Virus record (IMG/VR): IMGVR_UViG_3300042990_000014
Span: 1 to 56,457 of that record
Length of the DNA stretch: 56,457 nucleotides
Reading direction: 5' to 3' (one strand)
Source: a virus
The translations under genes and the position numbers were made by a program. The notes beneath the pieces are model-generated. The model searched no databases, had not been told where the DNA came from, and worked only from the letters and a program-made list of their open reading frames with translations. The number at the start of each line of letters is the position of its first letter. Position 1 is the stretch's first letter. Positions 51,715-56,457 of the stretch are shown in pieces.

Positions 51715-51720
51715 GGGCGC

Positions 51721-52293
51721 ATGACTGAAGAGCTGAGAGAGCTGTACGACGAAATCGGGGCCCTGCGCTCCGGGGTCATCAGGGCGATAAAGAAAGCGGC
51801 AACGCTCGATCTGCCGGAGGATCGTGGCGCCCGCCCGGCGCTGCGCGTGATGGTGCAGCGACTGAATAACCTTCTGGCGGAACTGCGCGACGTTCCGGCC
51901 TGGGCGCCCGCCGCCCCGACCACCGTCACCGAGCGCCTGGAGGAAGCCATCGCGCTGCGCCCGCTCGGCGGTGACCCGGGAGACGGACCGTACCCGGTCA
52001 GCGTCGAGGACGTGGCCGCTGAGATCCACGCCTTCCTTCTCCATCTGGAGAACGAGAGCGCCACCGGCCTGCTGGACGCGCTGCTGCCCGGCCTGCTGTC
52101 GCTCCAGCGCGAGCGGCGCTGGGAGGCCGCGCGCGCCAGGCTCCAGCCGCTGCTGGACGAGCTGACCATCAATCTCCTGATTCCCGAATTGCGCGAGGCC
52201 GGGGTCGAGAACCCGGAGCAGTACCGCCTCGATTACGACATGAGCCCGATCACGCCGCGCTCGAATATCGACCCGTTCGAGGATGGAGAGTGA
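51721..52293 (+). CDS. hypothetical protein (190 aa)
   Basis: ORF track; first gene of the + arm. Confidence 0.8.
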   Translation: MTEELRELYDEIGALRSGVIRAIKKAATLDLPEDRGARPALRVMVQRLNNLLAELRDVPAWAPAAPTTVTERLEEAIALRPLGGDPGDGPYPVSVEDVAAEIHAFLLHLENESATGLLDALLPGLLSLQRERRWEAARARLQPLLDELTINLLIPELREAGVENPEQYRLDYDMSPITPRSNIDPFEDGE

Positions 52294-52580
52294 GCGCCAC
52301 CCGGGCGATGTGCGACGCGCCCGACTGCCCCAATGCCATGGTCGGTTACGACGCCGACGGGCAGTGGTGCGCGGAGCACTCCTCCCGGCGCGTCATGGGC
52401 GCGGCGGACACCCGTACGCGAGAGCTGTACGCCAAGGTACTCACGCTCCGGGAGGAGATCCTGACGGCCTTGCTACGCGAGATCATCCCGGAGCCCGGAC
52501 GCGCCGCGCTAATGCTGGCCAGCGCCGAGCTGGACAACGCAGTTGCGCACCTGCGTGACATGGGGCGAGGGACCTCGTGA
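52290..52580 (+). CDS. hypothetical protein (96 aa)
   Basis: ORF track; GTGA coupling. Confidence 0.7.
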   Translation: MSATRAMCDAPDCPNAMVGYDADGQWCAEHSSRRVMGAADTRTRELYAKVLTLREEILTALLREIIPEPGRAALMLASAELDNAVAHLRDMGRGTS

Positions 52581-52780
52581 GCGCCACCGACGCGCGCGAG
52601 ATCATCGAGGCCGTTCGGCTCGCGCGGCGCGTGGCCGTCACGTGCCTGGAGGAGTCCACCGATCAGCAGTACGCACTAGAGGAGGTGGATCGCATGCTCC
52701 AGCGCATCGTCATGCGTTACGAGGCGAAGAGAGCGCTGGCCGCCGCCGAGCTGCGCGATTGGCTGGGGGACACGTCGTGA
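52577..52780 (+). CDS. hypothetical protein (67 aa)
   Basis: ORF track; GTGA coupling. Confidence 0.7.
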   Translation: MSATDAREIIEAVRLARRVAVTCLEESTDQQYALEEVDRMLQRIVMRYEAKRALAAAELRDWLGDTS

Positions 52781-53145
52781 CCATCACCTGGTGGCCCACC
52801 ACCTGGGGGCGCCTTGCCCCCGGGGACCTGATCCAGGCGCCGGACGGCAGCGCGTGGACTGTGGGTCCGGCGCTGGTCAGCGACGGTGCGGGAGAGTGGT
52901 GCATCTCCAGCGAGCGCGGTACCGCCTGGACTCCTCACCGCGAGGATGAGCCGGTGAGCGCGGCGCGCCCCGCCGTAGATGCTCAGCACGCCTCCCTGCT
53001 GGCGCTGGCCAGCGATCCCGAGGTGATCCTGGGGCGGTTGCGTCTGGCGTTCGGCGAGGTGGAGGCCGTGCCGCTGAATGACACCGGAGTGCGCACGGGC
53101 GTGAAGTGGCTGGGCTGTGGGCGTGAAAGGTGCGTGTGCCGGTAG
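52777..53145 (+). CDS. hypothetical protein (122 aa)
   Basis: GTGA-coupled GTG at 52777 (VTITWWPTTWGRL...), in the frame of ORF 52543-53145. Confidence 0.65.
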   Translation: MTITWWPTTWGRLAPGDLIQAPDGSAWTVGPALVSDGAGEWCISSERGTAWTPHREDEPVSAARPAVDAQHASLLALASDPEVILGRLRLAFGEVEAVPLNDTGVRTGVKWLGCGRERCVCR

Positions 53146-53148
53146 GTG

Positions 53149-53178
53149 TTGACACACCTAACAGGCACCTGTCATACT
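53149..53178 (+). promoter_or_regulatory. class 1 promoter/operator, degenerate copy
   Basis: TTGACA 53149-53154, CTAACAGG-CA-CCTGTCAT, CATACT. Confidence 0.5.
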
Positions 53179-53222
53179 TCAGGGGTAAGGCCGAACGGCA
53201 CACCACGCTGAGGGAGAATCCA

Positions 53223-53921
53223 ATGATCAAGTGCGGACACTGCAAGGGACGCCACGCCACCGTCAACGACATCCGTCAGTGCGCGGCGCCGATCATGCCG
53301 ACCGCCACCCGCGCTCCGGTCCACCCGGTGCGGCTGCGCGACGCGGTGGCCGGGATCCTGTCCAGCACGGCAGGGGTTGAGCGCATGGTGCAGGTGGGCC
53401 GCGAGCACAGGGCTACAGTGCCCTTCGTCGGATACTCCGACTACATGGCCGCCAAGTCGTACACCGTTTCGTGTTCGTGTGGCTGGAGCCGGACGCTGAT
53501 CGGCAGCGAGAACGCGCTGTGGGCCGCCTTCTACGCGCACCACGCCGAGGTCCTCGCCTATGGCGAGAATCAGCCCGAGATCGACCTGGCGGAAGCTGAG
53601 ATGGCTGCCGACCAGGCGCGTGAGCTGTCCGCCCCCGCCATGGAGGGCATGTACATCAAGAGCGGTGAGATCTACAAGATCCAGAAGGCCGTGCACGGCA
53701 GTGGCCACCTGTACGCCAAGCGCCTGGACAAGGCCACCCAGCGTTTCGAGTACGCCACCGGCATGGTGCGCCAGCTCACCCAGGCCCACAAGATGACGCT
53801 CGCCGAGGCGAAGGAGTACGGCGCGCTCTACGGCGTGTGCTGCGTCTGCGCCCGCACGCTCACCAATGAGGAATCCATCGCGGCGGGCATTGGCCCGACC
53901 TGCGCGGGTCGCATCAGCTAG
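53223..53921 (+). CDS. hypothetical protein with N-terminal CxxC and C-terminal Cys-rich (DUF6011-like) motif
   Basis: ATG at 53223 after GAGGGAG. C-terminus YGALYGVCCVCARTLTNEESIAAGIGPTCAGR. Confidence 0.7.
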   Translation: MIKCGHCKGRHATVNDIRQCAAPIMPTATRAPVHPVRLRDAVAGILSSTAGVERMVQVGREHRATVPFVGYSDYMAAKSYTVSCSCGWSRTLIGSENALWAAFYAHHAEVLAYGENQPEIDLAEAEMAADQARELSAPAMEGMYIKSGEIYKIQKAVHGSGHLYAKRLDKATQRFEYATGMVRQLTQAHKMTLAEAKEYGALYGVCCVCARTLTNEESIAAGIGPTCAGRIS

Positions 53922-53984
53922 TCGTCACCGGGCGCCGGTATCCAGCCGGCGCCCACAGTACCGCCGGACCTGGGGAGGACCGAC

Positions 53985-54218
53985 GTGCACCACGCGCACC
54001 ACATCATCCAGCGCGCACGCCATCACGTGCGTGACCAACGGAAGGAACGAGAGGCCATGGCCAAGCACGCGGACAAGAGTGAGCCGAGCACGCCTCAGCC
54101 CACCGCCGCCGAGAGGCGCACGGCGGAGCTGAAAGCCATTGCCGTGGAGAAGGGAAAGCAGTCGCTGGCGAGTCTGCCGAAGAACGCGCCCCGCCTGGAC
54201 CTCAGTAAGGGCAAGTAG
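53985..54218 (+). CDS. hypothetical basic protein (77 aa; alternative start 54057)
   Basis: GTG at 53985, 6 nt after GGGGAGG. An internal ATG at 54057 is also preceded by a purine-rich tract. Confidence 0.55.
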   Translation: MHHAHHIIQRARHHVRDQRKEREAMAKHADKSEPSTPQPTAAERRTAELKAIAVEKGKQSLASLPKNAPRLDLSKGK

Positions 54219-54224
54219 CTGCCT

Positions 54225-54260
54225 GGAGGGAGTGTCAGTTCGCTGACACTCCCTCCTTTT
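54225..54260 (+). terminator. rho-independent terminator (repeat family T, copy 3)
   Basis: 14-bp stem GGAGGGAGTGTCAG/CTGACACTCCCTCC, TTCG loop, TTTT. Confidence 0.8.
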
Positions 54261-54263
54261 GGG

Positions 54264-54291
54264 TTGACACCTAACAGGTGCCTGGTAGACT
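54264..54291 (+). promoter_or_regulatory. class 1 promoter/operator, copy 4
   Basis: TTGACA 54264-54269, CTAACAGG-TG-CCTGGTAG, TAGACT 54286-54291. Confidence 0.7.
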
Positions 54292-54319
54292 TCAGATATG
54301 CCAACCAAGGGAGCGTGAA

Positions 54320-55024
54320 ATGAACAAGGATCGGGCGAACGTCGCACAGCAAACCATGATCAGGGAGGCGATACGCGCCAGCGGCGACTTTTCCGCGAGG
54401 GCGGCGCACATCGAAATCCTGGTGGAGTGCCGGGCGAACGGCTGGATCGTGACCACGAGCCACTCCCGGCATGTGGCCACCCGCGCTGGATACCGCGCCG
54501 TGGCGCAGGCGCCTTGGGATACCGCTCTGGCGCCGGAGCCGCTGCACCCCGCGCAGGAGCGGCCGTTTCCGGAGCCCGTCGCGCCGGAGGAGCTGCCGGC
54601 GGACGCGCTCGCGATGCGGCTCCAGGCGGATCAGGTGCACATGCGGGGCGGTGTGCGCCCGGAGCAGATGCTGTATGCGGAGGACGAAGTGCACCGGCTC
54701 GCGACACCCAGCAACCCCGAGGTACTCAACGCTATCTTGGCGGGGCGCACCGTGGATCGACTGACGGAGTTCGAGCCCCGCCCGGTGGCGGGCGCCCGCA
54801 TGACGGCCGCGATGGTCGAGACCGTGAACAGGATCATGGCGGAGCGCGAGAACGATTACATGACCACCGCCAAGTACACCAGCGCGGAGCGCGACCTGAT
54901 GGACGCCACCGCGCGCCACGAGGAGCGCCGCGCCATCGCCCACCAGGTGCGCGGCATGTTCGACGGGCAGCCGCTGTCGAAATCGATGCTGGAGTACATC
55001 GCCCACCAGATCGAGCTGGGGTAG
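54320..55024 (+). CDS. hypothetical protein (234 aa)
   Basis: ATG at 54320 after AAGGGAG. The ORF-track start at 54278 lies inside the promoter. Confidence 0.75.
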   Translation: MNKDRANVAQQTMIREAIRASGDFSARAAHIEILVECRANGWIVTTSHSRHVATRAGYRAVAQAPWDTALAPEPLHPAQERPFPEPVAPEELPADALAMRLQADQVHMRGGVRPEQMLYAEDEVHRLATPSNPEVLNAILAGRTVDRLTEFEPRPVAGARMTAAMVETVNRIMAERENDYMTTAKYTSAERDLMDATARHEERRAIAHQVRGMFDGQPLSKSMLEYIAHQIELG

Positions 55025-55028
55025 CGCC

Positions 55029-55283
55029 ATGGACAACGAAGAGCTGTACGCGAAGCTGGTCACGCAGGGATATACCGATGACCTGCTGGAGGACTGGGTG
55101 GAAGCGCACTCCGCGCCACTGATCGCTAAGGCGGCAAGGGTCGAGCGCGCGAGGATCGCGATGGAGGTTCGGGGGTTGCTGGGCAATCACGACACTTACC
55201 GCCACATGGACGACATGGTGGGTGAAGTGCGCGCCATGGAGAAGATCGTTCAGTACGTCGCCGATCAGATCGAGACGCGGTAG
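55029..55283 (+). CDS. hypothetical protein (84 aa), C-terminus related to the preceding gene
   Basis: ORF track. Shared ER..IA..VRG ... Y(I/V)A(H/D)QIE ending. Confidence 0.7.
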   Translation: MDNEELYAKLVTQGYTDDLLEDWVEAHSAPLIAKAARVERARIAMEVRGLLGNHDTYRHMDDMVGEVRAMEKIVQYVADQIETR

Positions 55284-55287
55284 CGCT

Positions 55288-55500
55288 ATGCGCAAGCTCA
55301 AGGCCACCCTGCACCACCCGGACTTTCCGGAATGCCCAGAGGCGCCGCGCGGTACCCGTCGGGTACGCAAGACATGGGAGTACCTCGCGAAGGTCCAGGA
55401 AGGGCGTTACCCGCAGGTCACCGTTTGCGGGCTGTGCCTGCCGGATCCAGATTGGATCGCGCACGACGTGATCCACGTGACCAGCAAGGAGGAATCATGA
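55288..55500 (+). CDS. hypothetical protein (70 aa)
   Basis: ATG at 55288, in the frame of ORF 55222-55500. Confidence 0.65.
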   Translation: MRKLKATLHHPDFPECPEAPRGTRRVRKTWEYLAKVQEGRYPQVTVCGLCLPDPDWIAHDVIHVTSKEES

Positions 55501-55565
55501 TCAAGTTCCACGGCGGAGACGACGACGACTGGAAGATCGGTTGGCCGAAGGGGTGCGCGGCATGA
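55497..55565 (+). CDS. micro-ORF (22 aa, MIKFHGGDDDDWKIGWPKGCAA)
   Basis: ATGA coupled at both ends, bridging two genes. Confidence 0.35.
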   Translation: MIKFHGGDDDDWKIGWPKGCAA

Positions 55566-55945
55566 GCCCCGTGTTCGGCGGCAAATCCGTCACCAACGAG
55601 GAGTACCTGCACCTCAGCGCGAAGAATCAGCGCCTGTCCCCGCCGACGGCGGAAGCCATCGCGCACGCCCAGCACGAGGACACCGGGTGTTGGACGTGCA
55701 CCGACAACCATGAGAGCGCGTACCGCCAGCGGGAAGAGCTGGCGAAGCTGGAGGACCTGCGCGCGCTGTACGCGGTGGGCGTCCTGGGGATCACGCAGAA
55801 GCTGAGGGAGTGGGAGGGCGCGGACAAGCGCGGCGCGCAGGGTCTGGAGGCGCTCGCGACGCCCACCGCCGAGGATCGCCTGGTGCTGATCACGAAGGCG
55901 CTCAAGTCGCTCGACTCCAGGGGCATGAGGGAGTGGAAAAAGTGA
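55562..55945 (+). CDS. hypothetical protein (127 aa)
   Basis: ATGA-coupled ATG at 55562. Confidence 0.7.
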   Translation: MSPVFGGKSVTNEEYLHLSAKNQRLSPPTAEAIAHAQHEDTGCWTCTDNHESAYRQREELAKLEDLRALYAVGVLGITQKLREWEGADKRGAQGLEALATPTAEDRLVLITKALKSLDSRGMREWKK

Positions 55946-56169
55946 GCAAGATCCAGAGCGTCAAGGTCGAGTCCGGTCAGATTTGGGCGGACTGCGACAA
56001 GCGTTCCGAGGGGCGCAAGGTGCGGGTGGTCGCGTGCACCGTCGGCTACGCCTATGTGCTGCCGGCGAGCGTCGGGCACGGTACGGCCACCCGCATTCAG
56101 TTGGACCGGATGCGCCCCACCCCCAACGGCTACCGCCTAGTGACGAATGCAGATGGGAGCCCGGCGTGA
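55942..56169 (+). CDS. hypothetical protein (75 aa)
   Basis: GTGA-coupled GTG at 55942. Confidence 0.65.
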   Translation: MSKIQSVKVESGQIWADCDKRSEGRKVRVVACTVGYAYVLPASVGHGTATRIQLDRMRPTPNGYRLVTNADGSPA

Positions 56170-56457
56170 GCGAGTGCATGGAGGCGCACCTGGCGTTCCT
56201 GGTGCGGTGCCTGGATGAGGATGCGGCCGTGGCCCACGAGGCGTCGAGGCGAGACGGGAAGTACGTGCCGGACGGCGCCCACTGGGTGTGGGAGGAGACC
56301 CGCACGGATCGGGAGTGCGAGTTGGATCCGGTTACCCAGGAGTTCGTCGGCGAGGACCATCGAGCGGGCGCCGTGTCACTGCGGAGTCGGGAGGAGTTTC
56401 CTTCCGAACTCTCCGGGCGTGGATTTCCCCAGTTCGCCATCGGCAGCGCGGAGGAAG
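56166..56457 (+). CDS. 5' part of junction-spanning gene (continues at 128-363 after removing the duplicated 127 nt)
   Basis: GTGA-coupled GTG at 56166. The frame runs open to the window end and is in phase with 1-363. Confidence 0.7.
   Translation, partial: MSECMEAHLAFLVRCLDEDAAVAHEASRRDGKYVPDGAHWVWEETRTDRECELDPVTQEFVGEDHRAGAVSLRSREEFPSELSGRGFPQFAIGSAEE
56331..56457. repeat. terminal overlap, copy 2 of 2
   Basis: Identical to 1-127. Confidence 0.95.

Noticed and set aside
56331-56457. True direct terminal repeat of a linear virion genome
   Set aside because: A coding sequence runs uninterrupted and in frame through the repeat, and the length equals a common maximal assembler k-mer. An assembly overlap of a circular or permuted molecule is more likely, though read-level analysis is needed.

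Overview
This window appears to be a complete, circularly closed phage-like genome from a high-GC actinobacterium. The first 127 nt are identical to the last 127 nt and a gene reads across the junction, leaving about 56,330 unique bp.

Layout: the genome has two divergent arms that start at a control region near 51660-51720 and converge on a hairpin at 9134-9168.
- The + arm (51721 to the end, wrapping to 1-9117) carries small early genes. It also carries an SF2 helicase interrupted by a LAGLIDADG intein in its P-loop, a RecB/Cas4-like nuclease, a cluster of tRNA-shaped elements, a WhiB-like regulator and a clamp-like protein.
- The - arm (51660 down to 9185) is one long set of translationally coupled genes (ATGA/GTGA overlaps). 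In transcription order it encodes:
  - a tandem-RHH regulator and a primase-polymerase/helicase;
  - an iteron-rich non-coding region;
  - a RuvC-like resolvase;
  - small and large terminase subunits;
  - a lysis cassette;
  - a roughly 7-kb FtsK/TraB-like plus DUF2637-like membrane module;
  - portal, MuF-like protein and protease;
  - a glycosyltransferase/methyltransferase cassette;
  - capsid, fibre, connector, tail chaperone, tape measure and tail-tip genes, ending with a final glycosyltransferase.

Not found: integrase, partition genes, DNA polymerase, rRNA or CRISPR.

Most unusual observations:
1. Five tRNA-shaped genes have intact T-arm and acceptor helices, but by hand folding their anticodon arms are truncated or disrupted.
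2. An actinomycete-conjugation-like translocase module sits next to a dense array of CTCCGG/CCGGAG motifs.
3. A repeated terminator + promoter + palindromic operator cassette is found around the early genes.
4. A 9-11 bp iteron array lies beside the primase gene.

All functional calls come from motifs read in the translations, with no database search, so family names are recollections to be verified.
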